A stretch of DNA of 64,000 bases, from NCBI RefSeq assembly GCF_006345805.1, contig NC_043003.1, forward strand, positions 41,540,001 through 41,604,000, read 5' to 3'. A program made the translations under genes and the position numbers. The notes beneath the pieces are model-generated. The model had not been told where the DNA came from, ran no database searches, and saw nothing but the letters and a program-made list of their open reading frames with translations. This DNA comes from Octopus sinensis. Its lineage: Eukaryota. Numbering within the stretch: the first letter of the stretch is position 1; the number at the start of each line of letters is the position of its first letter. Positions 14,668 through 28,356 of this stretch are shown here, one piece after another.

Positions 14668-15259
14668 AGAAAACCACACTACTCAATATGTGTGAGAATA
14701 GTGCCTGAGTACATCTTGCCAAAATTTCAGAATCGGTAAGCGAATATTAGGGCTGAACATGATAGCATACGAAAGACATGTTCACGCATTTGTCATATAG
14801 TTTCAGGAATGCGCGATTGCCAAATACTAACTGTGTAGTTTAGATCATGTGAGATACAAGGCAGTTAATCTGAAATGCGTAACGATTATATATTAGTATT
14901 ACGGATGTAGTGAGCATACTTATATCATACATATGTTTTCTACGCCTGTGGTCAGGAATGTCTAGCATCATGTAGTTAATTTGTGTTAGTATGATATCTC
15001 AGAGCTCAAAATATCGCATCCGTGTGCGTGTGCCTCCTGTATCCACGATAACGACAATTCCAATTCGTCAGTTTATTTTAGATAATACTCTGCAGCTAAC
15101 ACGGTTAGTGTGACTCATCACTGTCGTGAGTGTCAAGATGAATTTTCTTGCACTCATGTGTAAAGTTACGTGTGATAGCTTAATCTCTCATCTTCTTAAT
15201 TGCAGAGAAAATGGAGTTAAACTAGCTGTCTCAAGAAGTGCTGTTATTGGGTAATGACA

Positions 15260-15348
<89 letters not shown>

Positions 15349-15349
15349 G

Positions 15350-15418
<69 letters not shown>

Positions 15419-15425
15419 TTATCTA
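15260..15425. repeat. (TCTA)n microsatellite
   Basis: Direct reading. Confidence 0.95.
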
Positions 15426-15507
15426 TTCACACACACGCAAACACATATACATACATACATATGTATATGTATAAATATATATATAGATAGATAGCTAGAT
15501 ACATACG

Positions 15508-15551
<44 letters not shown>

Positions 15552-15754
15552 AATACATATACACATATACCCATCAGTCTGTCTATCAAAATATCTATTC
15601 ACTTATCTCTGCATGTTTTTATCTGTGTGATACTCTCCCGTTCTCTCTCTCTTTCCCCCTCTCTCTCTTTCTCCCCTCTCTCTCCCTCATACATATACAC
15701 ATATACATGATACATAGTTATGTATTCTTATGAATAAACATATATATATAGATA

Positions 15755-15900
15755 TGGTTGGGTGGTTAAAAAACTCGGTTTGTAACCACATTATTTCAAG
15801 TTCATTCCCAGTGCGATGCGTCTTGTGCTGTAACTCCGAGCTGACTAATACTTTGTGAGTGAATTTAAGTACACGGAAACTGTTTGGAAGCCTGTTATAT
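15755..15900 (+). mobile_element. SINE family C 5' half, degenerate
   Basis: gtggttaaaaaactcg...aaccac...ttgtgagtgaattt...cggaaactg...aagcc resembles 56703-56866. Confidence 0.55.
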
Positions 15901-16019
15901 GTGCATACATATATACATGATGGTTGTGGACTTGTTAAATGTGCATCATTATGGCTGACTAAATGAAATAAATAATAGCACTATATGATGTAAGAGAGAT
16001 AATGTATACTGAAACTTTA

Positions 16020-16600
16020 CAGGACTTGTTGCAGTTTCGAGATTCCTACGAACGTTTCTGACTTCTTGATTGCTTCTGAACATTCTGATGATTTTCGCTG
16101 TGCACCACCACGTGCGCCTACATAGACCTAAACGATTTGTACCCGTTTTCTGGCAGAAAGTGAATGTGAGGTTGGCCCCAGCAAGAAACTCATAATTTGT
16201 AACTTGTTTCTCTACATGGTTTCTCTGGTGGCTCACCAGGCCTGTGCAGGACATACATATGCGGCCACAGACTTCGGAGACTACTTCCAGAAATATAGCT
16301 TCAACAGTATTATCTTTTCGTTCTAATCTCCTTATGCGAGACCATTCGCTAGCATTTCACTGGAATGTACTCTTTTCTTCCAGGATTTTTATCATGTGAT
16401 ATGTTTCCCCACACTTATTCTGAAATTTCAGAATTCCAAGCGATTCTTTTAAGTTGTCCTTGAATCATATTCTGGGGTTTATGTTGCGTTCGATTGCCTT
16501 CCAACAGTTCAGTTCACCACAACATTTTTGCTTGGGAATTCTTATGTCATCACAGTATAACCAGCCCAGAGTATATCGTGACAGGGGATGCGCGTATTAA
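16020..16600 (-). mobile_element. RTE-clade LINE 3' end (pseudogene)
   Basis: Frameshifted ILWAGY..., FKDNLKESL, C-terminal finger-like EVCGRICMSCTGLVSHQRNH and a second FCQK..RLGL motif. Confidence 0.8.
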
Positions 16601-17306
16601 TACTCAGTACACAGTTTTCAATAGATACATACATCATATGACCGTCTTTCCGTTGTCACTGTCTGATATTTATGATTGATCTTTCAAAATATTTTCTTTC
16701 TCAACTTACTCGAGATCTTTTATTTTTAATAAATGGGAGATAGATAGATAGACAAAGATAGAAAGTAAGAGAAAGCGAGAGAGAGTCTGAGAGAAAGGAA
16801 GAGTAAGAGAGTGGGAAAGTGAGAGAGAAAGGAGAGAGAAACAAAGTGGGAGAATGTGGCGATAAGAAACAGAAAGGAAGCAACAGAAAATAACAACCAC
16901 ACCCTCACCCGCGCGAAGAGCGGGTCACCTTAAGCTAGTATATATATATTAAAGTATTAATTTGAAAAGGCAAGTTCCAAGGTCAATAATGCTTCTCATC
17001 AAAGCTGACACACATCTAAACACAGGGGACATATATAAGTTTATAAGCCATTATAAGCATGCGAATACAGAACATAAAAACATATACATGTATATAATAG
17101 TGTAATTCCGTGACCAAAACAAACACGGATAAATAATCGCATAAATACATACTGGTAAATTAAGAAGTCCAAGCTGATGAGATAACAATTCACAATAATC
17201 CCAAAAGGAAGTCCTCAAATAAATCCAATAAGCAGAAAAAATTTTTCGGCCATTTCTAGGAACGTATTTATGTAAGATCTTTTGAACCTTGATGTATATA
17301 TACATT

Positions 17307-17354
<48 letters not shown>

Positions 17355-17689
17355 AAATTTTTCATTAAAGCCTCGATTCAATAACACCGTTTACAAACAC
17401 TATACTTGGAATGACCAATTTTAAATACTATTGGAACTTACTCACAAGATACAGGAATCTTATATGTATACCATTCTGCCTGAATAATGGAATTGCAGAT
17501 ACAATGTCCCTGCATATCTCACGTCTATTTTCATTCTTCCACTACACTCTATAACATATCTTATCTAGAATAACGAATACTAAACCATTTTCTCACACTG
17601 ATGAAGGAATATATAAAAACAGGTGTAAGACCTTCTCTTCATAAATGTCCTTAAATCTTTCACAGACTTAGATTTTATCTCATTCTGTT

Positions 17690-17768
<79 letters not shown>

Positions 17769-17772
17769 TAAT

Positions 17773-17803
<31 letters not shown>

Positions 17804-17812
17804 TATGTATGC

Positions 17813-17856
<44 letters not shown>

Positions 17857-17929
17857 AAACAAAAGGCACCCTCCGTCCAATGGACGGTGCTGCGTTGTCA
17901 AACATTTAAACCAAATTTTCTCAAAACAA

Positions 17930-17971
17930 CTTGTCCGGCCGTCCCATAGGCCTCCCCGTTGAGAAACACTG
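17930..17971 (-). mobile_element. hAT/Charlie-like MITE terminus
   Basis: Minus strand CAGTGTTTCTCAACGGGG resembles Charlie-type TIRs; partner TIR not found. Confidence 0.4.
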
Positions 17972-18021
17972 ATTTAGCTTAAATTTGATACACCATCAAA
18001 AGACCGATTTCGACTGATGTA

Positions 18022-18230
18022 CTAGCGCGTACAAATGCACGTTCCCACGGCTTTATCGATCGTATTCTCCCCTGGAATCGATTTTTGTAATTTTTATCAA
18101 GACTTATGCACGCCCTGATACCGTCGCTATCCACATTTCAAATTTGAGCGCAATCGGATGGAGGATGCCCGAGATCATAGAAGACACGCACACGGATAGA
18201 CAACGGATTTTATATAATATATATATATAT
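18022..18230 (-). mobile_element. Non-autonomous Helitron-like element
   Basis: Starts in a TA run, has a CCGATTGCGCTCAAATTTG core, and ends with hairpin CGTGCA-TT-TGTACG then CTAG|T. Confidence 0.55.
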
Positions 18231-18822
18231 TCTCCGATTTCAAGCGTCATTTATATATAAATGAAAACTGATGAGCTAACCCTAGCCAGAATCCCATATA
18301 TCTACACTTACAAGGCTACACGATCATGCGATTGGCCAAACACTCACATATCAATTTCAGCTAAATTTTACGAATATATACTTAAACTGTCTAATGCTGC
18401 ATATACTTTTATATGTACAAAGAAAAAATATGTGTGTGTGTGTGTGTGTGTGTATCAATTGGATAAAATAATAAAAGTAAATTCAGAACTGAGAGATTAG
18501 TCCACGCGATAAACAAATATAGTTTACATATTTAGTATCACATGTAACAAATATACGCACTAAAAGTGATTTATAACAAGGAATGGGCCAGCTTCTGCTA
18601 GCTTCTCTATATCAGAGAGGAGTGAAACCAAACAGGATATTTCGAACATAACGCAGCCTCTCGTTGGCCATCGTTCTAAATGAAACGATAACATGAGACA
18701 AATCGACGGAAAAGGACGGAAATTGAAAGTAGATATAAACAGCTATATAGTGGTCGCTTATACACACAGACACACGCACACACATGCATACACACAGACA
18801 CACGCATGCAGATTTATATATA

Positions 18823-18899
<77 letters not shown>

Positions 18900-20279
18900 T
18901 GTGTGTGTGTGTGTGTGGTGTGTGTGTGTGTGTTTGTATGTATGTATGTATATCTGTGTGTATATATACATACATTGTCCAAAATCTGAGAATGGCTAAA
19001 TCTACAATCATTATTGCTGCAGTTAATAGAAAGTTAACGATTCTAGCATTAGCTTCTTACAACCCATTAAAATACCACGTGACTGTCCACCGTATTCCAT
19101 TTCATTGGTTGATAATCAAATTGGCGCCTAAGCAAAGTAAATAATGGAAACGCATTAAGTATGTTTTGAGTGACGAATACCAGAGTGTTTCAGAGTCGAG
19201 TTATAAGACTGGCAGTAATTAACCAGTTCTACTTTTTTAGACACTCTCTCATTGCACGTATATTATAAACGTATAGATAGTGACTTCGAAGTCCAAGTAA
19301 TCTGGCATGTTAGGATTATCGCCAGAAACTTGTGTCAGCTTGAACTCTATGTCAGTATAATTAAAACTATAGTACACACATACATTTCTATTGGTTCGTT
19401 TTACTCAGTAGATTTTCATTTTTATTGAGAAACACTTTCCTTTAAGTACACACACACACATTTGCTATAACAATTTATAAGCATCGAGAGAATATGAAAT
19501 AATTATTCTTATTGCAACGATGAACCTTGAAGCTCATAAAGTTATGAGCAATCGCTGCTGCATTAGAGTGTTTAGCTGTTTGTAACAAATTCGACCATAT
19601 TTAATAACGGTTATAGTTTTCCTTTTTGATACACATTGCATACAGCCGCGTACATTAATTACACACAAACACACACACACCACATATAGGAAAAGAAGGA
19701 TGAAAATGTTACATTCTTGAAATAGGGTATATTTTAATTTTCGTTTACATAAATACATGAAAGGACGAATAATTTGGTTTTGTTTTACATATTTCGGTTT
19801 TTGAAAAACCTTATAAAAAAATATGTACTAAAATGGAATACGTAGAGAGAAAAGAGCTATTAATAAAATAAAATTAAAGTTAAAATTACAATCAACATTC
19901 ATAGTTTACTTTCCTTTATTCTGCAAGAGGACGTGGTAATTTCTGTTAATTTATTGGCATGACAAGTTGAACTGTCTGTGTCGGCAAATTATTACTATCT
20001 GTTTTGGTAAATTAAATAGTTTGGTCAAGACTTGTTTTCTGTAGGGGTGGCTATAGCAATCGAATAACTAGCAGCAGTAGGGACAAAAACGCAAAAAAAA
20101 AGACAGTTTGGAGATTCCACTCTTCGTTCTTTCGTTCCCCCTCTCTCACATTTCATTGCCTTCTCTTCTTGCTCACTTTCCCTCCTTATTTCACTTCGCT
20201 GTCTCCCTGTCATTTTTTCTCGCCCCTCCTTACTTTGTCAGTCTCTCTTCTCTCCCCACGTGACCGGTGTTCAGCCAAG

Positions 20280-20711
20280 CCTGATCTTTCTTTCTTGGTT
20301 CGGCTGCTGTCCGTGCAACATCTATATTCTTCCCTATGCCTGTGAAATCTTGTATCCCGCCAGCTTAATTTAATTCGTCCTTAGTCGAAAGACACCTGTT
20401 ATTATGTCCTGTTATTTGTAGTTGTATTTGTGTAACCTTCTCTGTTTCTTCCATCCTTGTTTTCATATACATTCGCTGCTTTCTTCCAGGGAATCTAATG
20501 CTCTCAGCTTAGTTTTTCATTGGGGCTGGCCAGATTGGAGCAATCTCGAGTATAACCAGCCGAACTTGCAAATATAATCAGGAACTTGACTTATGAAAGA
20601 AAACTCCGAATGACCCGTCCTTGTTTACTTTGTATCGTCTATCTGGATGTTTTGTTGTCCCTTTCTTGTATCACCTGTCTGGATGTTTTGCGTTTTTGTC
20701 CCATTTTGTAT
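20280..20711. repeat. Unclassified ~440-bp interspersed repeat (family D), copy 1
   Basis: Colinear with 50629-51087; both end at ttttgYa followed by (TA)n. Confidence 0.85.
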
Positions 20712-20754
20712 TATATATATATATATATATATATGTATACACACACACATACAC

Positions 20755-20838
<84 letters not shown>

Positions 20839-20888
20839 CTATCTATCTATCTGTCTCTATCTCTATCTATCTCTCTCTCTTTATATAT

Positions 20889-20936
<48 letters not shown>

Positions 20937-21735
20937 GGCACAAACATATCATAGCACAACCTTGTACATTGGTTACCTTAAATCGAGTTCACTCTGTTGC
21001 ATGCCATCTTTCTGGTTTAAGGAGTCTTTCCTCCGTCTGTAGCAGCAATTTTGGATCCCGTGCTAAAGGTATATATACACATACTTTCATAGATGTATCT
21101 GCGACAATATCATGACCCATGTTTGTATTATGCACACAAATATGAACCCAACAGATACACATACGAACGAACACACGCACATGCACACACACACACGCAC
21201 ACACTCTCTCCCACCCTCTCTCTACCTCTTTCTCGTGTGTTTATTTGGGTCTGTTGGTATTTAGAAGTTTATTGCAGGACAGAGATAAGAACATCTTTAG
21301 ATTTGTTGTTAATCGTACAAGAAGATTACTCGAATATAGCTTGCGAATGTAACAACCTATGTTGAGTGACTTTGACCCAGATTTTGAGAACCACCATTAC
21401 AGATATTGAAAATCTCAGTTACAATATCTGTTGCTTAATACGCCCCAATTCAGAAAATTTTCAGTAAGCATATGATCATAAAGGTACTACACATGAAGCT
21501 GATTTCTCTCAGACATAATTAAACCTAGTCTTGTATATCCAATATCTTAATCGTTCTGAAAATAAGCGCAGGGGATTTGAGGGGGATTTATTTGTTGATC
21601 CTTGTAAGTCGTGAGACCAGGTCAACGCTGCTAGGTTACCTGATATATATGTTGTATTTAGGGGTTATTTTGATTCTTTACTTCAATGTCTGGATTAATC
21701 TAATTGTTATGTAATATTTGAATGAAGCACTGAAG

Positions 21736-21845
21736 TCTAGTTGCCTCGGACGCTTAATAGTTTTCTTGCATAGTTTCGTCAATAATATATAATCATACAT
21801 GCATATATACATAATACACAACACACACACACACACACACATATA

Positions 21846-21883
<38 letters not shown>

Positions 21884-22029
21884 ATACATATCGGAGGGAA
21901 GAGTGATCTCATGTCTAGTTGCCTCGGACGCTTAATAGTTTTCTTGCATAGTTTCGTCAATATATATAATCATACATGCATACATGCATGCATACATGCA
22001 TGCATACATAATACACACACACATATATA

Positions 22030-22127
<98 letters not shown>

Positions 22128-22208
22128 TATATATGTGTGTGTGTGTGTATTATGTATGCATGCATGTATGCATGTATGATATATATTATTGACGAAACTA
22201 TGCAAGAA

Positions 22209-22253
<45 letters not shown>

Positions 22254-22320
22254 ATATAATATATATATATATATATTATATATATATATATATATTTAAT
22301 ACATATCCGAGGGAAGAGTG
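21736..22320. repeat. Local tandem duplication with an internal inverted duplication
   Basis: tctagttgcctcggacgc...tcgtcaa at 21736 and 21914; reverse-complement copy at about 22120-22214; atacatatc(c/g)gagggaagagtg present twice. Confidence 0.85.
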
Positions 22321-22321
22321 T

Positions 22322-22766
22322 TCCTGTGCATGTGGGCATGAGAGTCAATGCAGGTCTTATGTTGAAAAATAACTATTCGTTTACGTACATTAAATATTTT
22401 TCTTTTCATATTGGCGCGATATGTACAATCAGGAACAATAGGGTCCATAAGTACATTGGCTTTACAAGAACCTTTCAGCTTCATATTCAATAAGTTATGC
22501 GAATGGGTTATGAAGGGCATAGCATAAGACTCCTGCCAAGAATTGCGACAATAATCGTGAAATAAGAAACAGAAATGTATACTGATAACGTATATCTTAA
22601 TCTCAGAAACAAAGAGTACAGGAAATCTAATTTTGTAACAAGTAAATATCATAAGAATTCCTAGAAAACAAAATGATAAGGATATGGACGACTGAAGAAG
22701 GATCATTGCAAATTGAATATGTGAAATAACATATGAAGAAAATAAGGTATCTTTCGAACCATCGTT
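22322..22766 (+). mobile_element. Highly decayed Neptune-type Penelope-like 3' remnant
   Basis: Cys linker CACGHESQC, KYIGFTRTF (YIG motif), LNLRNK..SKYHK, then a decayed hammerhead-like CTGAAGAAGGAT...ATCTTTCGAA. Confidence 0.45.
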
Positions 22767-23778
22767 TTCTATCTTGGTTCTCCAATAACGAATGATACTC
22801 TATATATGTTTCAAATAAGAAGGAAGAAGACATTTTTGAAATAATTACGTTGATCTGATGCAGGAACTGTGTGATGAAATTAAATTATGTTGGTGGACTC
22901 ATTAGCAGTTCTTCCTGACTTCTATTTGGTATATTTCTTAAGTGATGAACTGTGCAGTGCATTAAGAATTAAGGGTAATATAATCAACTAAACATCCATG
23001 AACTAGAAAGATTTAAATAAGTATTCCCCGAGCTAGAATTAGAATCCATATGAAAAACTATCGCACAATATCAATGCATGTTATAATGTAAAAAGAAAGA
23101 AAAAACACCTTAAACCAAGAAACCAAGAACAATTTAACAACTTAAGCCCTACGAGAATGGAGAACGAAAATACAAGCTTTTTACTATTCACAGATAATAA
23201 GCACATCACACGTATACTTCCATAATAAGCAGCCTTACGGATATTATTATGGTTTCGGCACAGGGGTAGTATCATTGAATACGGTAGTGTCGACGACGTT
23301 GAAAACACAAATGCTACCTGGGAATTAATATGTTCCATACAACATTTTTAGATTTATGTTACATTATGACCACAGTAGAAGTTATTCATTTGAACGTGCG
23401 TGGGAATAAGAAGGCACATATTATCGGGGAAATCAATTATATGATATATCAGATAATCTTCAACGGTTGTATATTATTATAATTAGTTTATGAATCCAAG
23501 AGAAAGAAAACGTATATCAAATCTAGGAAGTTTTAAATACAGAGGATGGTTAATATACACGTGTGTCACTTGGACCACTAGTCTACTGTTAAACATATTC
23601 TCTGTAAAAGACATAAAAGACCAGAACTGAATTTCAAGAAATTAACGATAGGAAGCTAATGTTATTTCAAACCTGATCAAAAGTTACCAGAATATCACAA
23701 GAAAAACGTCGTTACATATACACTTATATAAATCGGGCGTAGAATTAACCTAACGTTATTTAAAGGGGATACCTTCTA

Positions 23779-25049
23779 AGCAAGGGTACTGAAAATTTCC
23801 TGGAATTGGGTAAAAGAAAATAGAGAAAGATCAGTTAATTATGATTATATTCAATATTTTCTCCTCTCAGATTCACATATTTATTGCAGTGGTTCTTAAT
23901 TTTTCTAAACCCTGTAAAATGAGCTCGAAATGTGGAGTCATCATCCAGGACGCTGTAGCAGTGATGACATCCGAATCAGAAAGAAATATTGTTCCCTTGA
24001 CATCTTTCTTCAGTCATGAAAAAAGGTGAGTCAGAAGGGGCAAAGTTAGGAGTGTAAGGCAGCTGGTCGTCCAATGCGAAGCCGAAGTCACTTATTTGTT
24101 GTATAGTTCCATGTGCTGTGTGTGCTAGTGCACTCTTAAAAACAACAGGATTCCATGGCTCAGCTTCCCACAGCGTTTCTGTTTCAAAGCTCAGCAGATA
24201 CATGTTGTATTCTGAGTTGATGGTGCGACTCTTTGTCAGGTGTTTTATGATGAGTACTCCGTTTTTGCCCGAGAAAACTGAAGGCAGAATCTTTCCAGCT
24301 AACTTCTGTGTCCGAACTCCTTGGGACTTGGTGAACTGTAGTGGTGCCTCTCCATTCATGGCTGCTTGGTCTGGGGATCATAATGATGAAATCAAGTTTC
24401 ATCTATACTAAAGAAGCCATAAAATCAACGTCTCAAGCTGCAAAACTGTCCAAAATCGTCTTTGATGTCGACACTGTGATGCGCTTCTAAACTGCATTCA
24501 TGGATTTTGGCACCCATTTTACAGAAAGCTTTCCCGTGTCCAGAATGTTGTGGGCGCTGTGGCGTACTCTTTCGTGGGAAATCTCCAGTCTCAGCTATGA
24601 CTTTAGCTGAAATCTGGCGGCCCACGGAAATCATGACCGCTACAGTGTCGGCTTTGTCTTTTGTGGTCGAGGAAGTTGGCCCTCCTGGGATTCATCTGTG
24701 AGCTCCAAATGACCAGTTCGAAACCTTGACACTGAGATTTTCACTGTGGATTAGTTTGATGGTCAGCCATCCTTCAAGACTTCCTTCATCTCATCATGCA
24801 TTTCTGCCGCTCCTTTTCTCGAAGAAATTGGAACGTCATGATTGCCCGTGCTTCCATTTTACAAAAATCCTCTGTAGGAACTGTCATCATATGTTAAGTA
24901 TGCAAAAATGAAAAAGACATATTGTATAATATCATGATTTTTTCGCATATCTTCTCTCAAGGAGTTGTCCTACGTCTCCTGTAAAGGTAACAACTCTACC
25001 TATTTGCGATACACTTAAAGCCAAGAACTTTTCAGCAGCCCCTTGTGTA
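23779..25049 (-). mobile_element. Full-length (~1.27 kb) decayed mariner transposon
   Basis: Imperfect TIRs caagggtactgaaaatttcctgg and (rc) caaggggctgctgaaaagttcttgg; transposase remnants AGKILPSVF, GVLIIKHL..TINSEY and YTPNFAPSD (YSPDLAPSD motif). Confidence 0.9.
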
Positions 25050-25710
25050 TATCTTTGCAAACATTGCCAACGTTGACAAATACAGAATGCTCGAACCTCT
25101 GAAGAAAAGCAAAAACAAAGCATACATTTAGAACCGTACGTATGGTATGCTGCGTAAATAGAGGAGGCTGATTGTGTTCAATTACGCAACCTGATTGAAA
25201 ATAAGATTTATATAGCCTAAAATTTCCCCAAGGTTCATTAGTATACAAATAGTAGTCTCTCAATATGACTACCTACATTCAATGCCAATGCCTATTCGAG
25301 GACGTCGTAGTTATCGCAAAACGTACCAAATCTAACTAAATGAACACTGTAACTAAATACTTGAGGTGACAAGCAGATTACATAAAGACGGTGATGCATA
25401 TTGAATGACACGTCCTAACATAGTAACTCATTTTCATGGTTATGTCAGAAAATTTTACCAGATATTGTACGTAAAAAATGTATCGCGTAATGAAAGATTC
25501 AATTTGCCGAAAACATAATATACAAATTAAGGAATTCGAAAGACTTACTAACACAACGCAATAAAACAAAAATCTATAGAGCTTGATTTAAGATTTTAAT
25601 GCTCACACATATATATCCGTCTTATTATTTATCTTTCTTTTAATCTCACTCTTTTTCTTCTGCCTATCTGTCTCTCCCTCTTTCTCTCAATCTCTGTCTG
25701 TCTGTCTGTG

Positions 25711-25789
<79 letters not shown>

Positions 25790-25879
25790 TTTATACATCT
25801 ATATATCTACCTACCTACCTACCTATCTATCTATATCTATCTATCTATCTATCTATCTACCTATCTATCTATCTATTAA

Positions 25880-25931
<52 letters not shown>

Positions 25932-26454
25932 CATACATATACATACACATATATGTATATATGTATCAATATGTACAAATACATGCTTGTATATATGTAT
26001 GTATGTATTATATATATATATATATATAATATAAGTATCTCTGAATAATTTCGAATGCACAGCGGTTACATTCAATTAGAGAATATACATATAGCGTATG
26101 ACTTAATAAGATTCTCGGGCTCCAGGAGCTGCAGATGAAACAGAAAAGCATTGATAGGATATAGGCTCTATGCATCATCTATAATTTAGTGGTTTTAAAA
26201 TATTTATACAAAAAGCTTACGGAGACAGTTAGATAAAATAGAGACCGAAGCTTGAAGAATAGATGTATAATGCTCAATATATATCGAATGACTTCATACA
26301 CAATATTGATTCGTACGATTGGCATGAGGCCACGTATATTGGCGGCGGTCACAGTTAATTAAATCAATCTCGATACATGAATGGTGCTTATATTAGCCAC
26401 CCCGAATAGATGAAAGGGAAAGTCATCCTTATACACAAATATATAAATATATAC

Positions 26455-26511
<57 letters not shown>

Positions 26512-26519
26512 GTATATAT

Positions 26520-26578
<59 letters not shown>

Positions 26579-26584
26579 GTACAC

Positions 26585-26659
<75 letters not shown>

Positions 26660-26777
26660 CATACATGCATACATACACACACACACACACACATATATAT
26701 GATGTTATGCATATGCACCTTTATATATCTTTTTATGTATGTAAATTTGTCTAAAGATAAGTATACAACTGAATAAT

Positions 26778-26899
<122 letters not shown>

Positions 26900-27112
26900 T
26901 ATATATATATACATATACGTATGTATATGTCTATATGCAATTATCTACTTGCCCTTTCTCACATACGTGTAAATGATCCACTTTTGAGTAATGGAAAACT
27001 AAGGGAAGAGATCTTAAGCAAGATACCAATGGGTTTTTTTGTTTATATATTTGATGAAGAAATGTAACCTTACGGCGTCATATGCTCATATACTTGACGC
27101 TTCGCGATAAGG

Positions 27113-27168
<56 letters not shown>

Positions 27169-27784
27169 TGAGGGGGGAGAGAGCAGGGGAGAGAGAGACA
27201 GCAGACAGAGAAAGATAGATAGGCGGACGGATGGACGGACGAATGGATAGATGGATCCATACATTCTCGTGGACGTACGCACTCATTCATGTATGTGTAT
27301 AAAAATGAGTTTCTCTTCCTGCATGTGTCTGTGTCGGTTTGTCACCGCTATTTCAGATGCATTTCCCAACCAACTTTAGAGATTTTTTTAACATACCTTT
27401 AATTCACATAACCTATGCAACTGTTGGTCGTTCCCAACTACAGCACACAACCCAGATCCTATCACTGCCCATGTTTTTTTTAGTCTAATTTTCATTTCCA
27501 TATAATCGACTTTTAGACCTGCATCTTCACCAATCTAATTTAATCTCCCACTGCAATCGGTAAGATCAAACGAAGCTTGACTGACCACTTCATTAAAAGT
27601 TTGCTGAAATCTGTTTCATAACAGATATCATTTATGCTCTGTGGATCCCACAAATGGATAGCGCTCCATAGATTATCTCTACTCCGTATTTTTCTAGGAT
27701 CTCATCACTACTTCAATCAAAGACTATATTTTCCCACTCCTTATATTCTCTCAGTCTTTTATTCTTTTATTTGTTTCCTTAATT

Positions 27785-27965
27785 TGACCACAGCCATGCT
27801 GGAGCACCACCTTAAAGGGTGTCAGACGAAGAAATCGACTCCAGGACTTGTTCTTTGTAACCCTAGTACTTACTGTATCGGTCTCTTTGCCAAACCGCTA
27901 ATTTACAGTGACGTAAATACACCAGCGTGGTTGTCATGCCATGGCGGGGAGACAATCACAGACAC
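27785..27965 (-). mobile_element. SINE family C 3' half
   Basis: gccatgctggagcacc...tatcggtctctttgcc..accgct matches 55083-55308. Confidence 0.8.
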
Positions 27966-28014
27966 ACAAATACATACATACATACATACATACATACATA
28001 CATACATACATACA

Positions 28015-28048
<34 letters not shown>

Positions 28049-28089
28049 AATACACACACACACACACACACGCACATATATATATGATA

Positions 28090-28356
28090 GGAGCACTCCG
28101 TCGGTTACGACGACGTGGGTCCCAGCCGATACGATCAACGGAACGTGCAAGTGGCTGAGCATTCCATAGACACGGGTACCCTTATCGTAGCTCTCAGGGA
28201 GATTCAGCGTGACACTGGCCATTTGAAATAAAGCTGAGTGGACGGAGCAACGTGAAATAGAGTGTCTTGTTCAAGGGTCCAACGCATCGACGGGAATTGA
28301 ACTGACGACCTTACGAACGTGAACCCAATGCCCTGACCACTAAGCCACCTGCCTTC
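28090..28356 (-). mobile_element. tRNA-derived SINE, family B-related
   Basis: Head GGTGGCTTAGTGGTCAGGGC...AGTTCAATTCCC, CORE-like CCTTGAACAAGACACT, 3' part shared with 12506-12867. Confidence 0.8.

Noticed and set aside
17597-17660. CTGATGAAGGA...TCCTTAAA in Penelope-like-looking sequence
   Set aside because: GAAA is absent and stems I and III cannot be formed.
18267-18300. CTGATGA-GCTA-ACCC-TAGC resembling the first half of a hammerhead
   Set aside because: Followed by CAGAAT instead of GAAA, with no stem III or stem I.
27370-27790. Possible minus-strand LINE RT remnant (GLKV...KKT)
   Set aside because: No recognisable YxDD motif; too degenerate to support.
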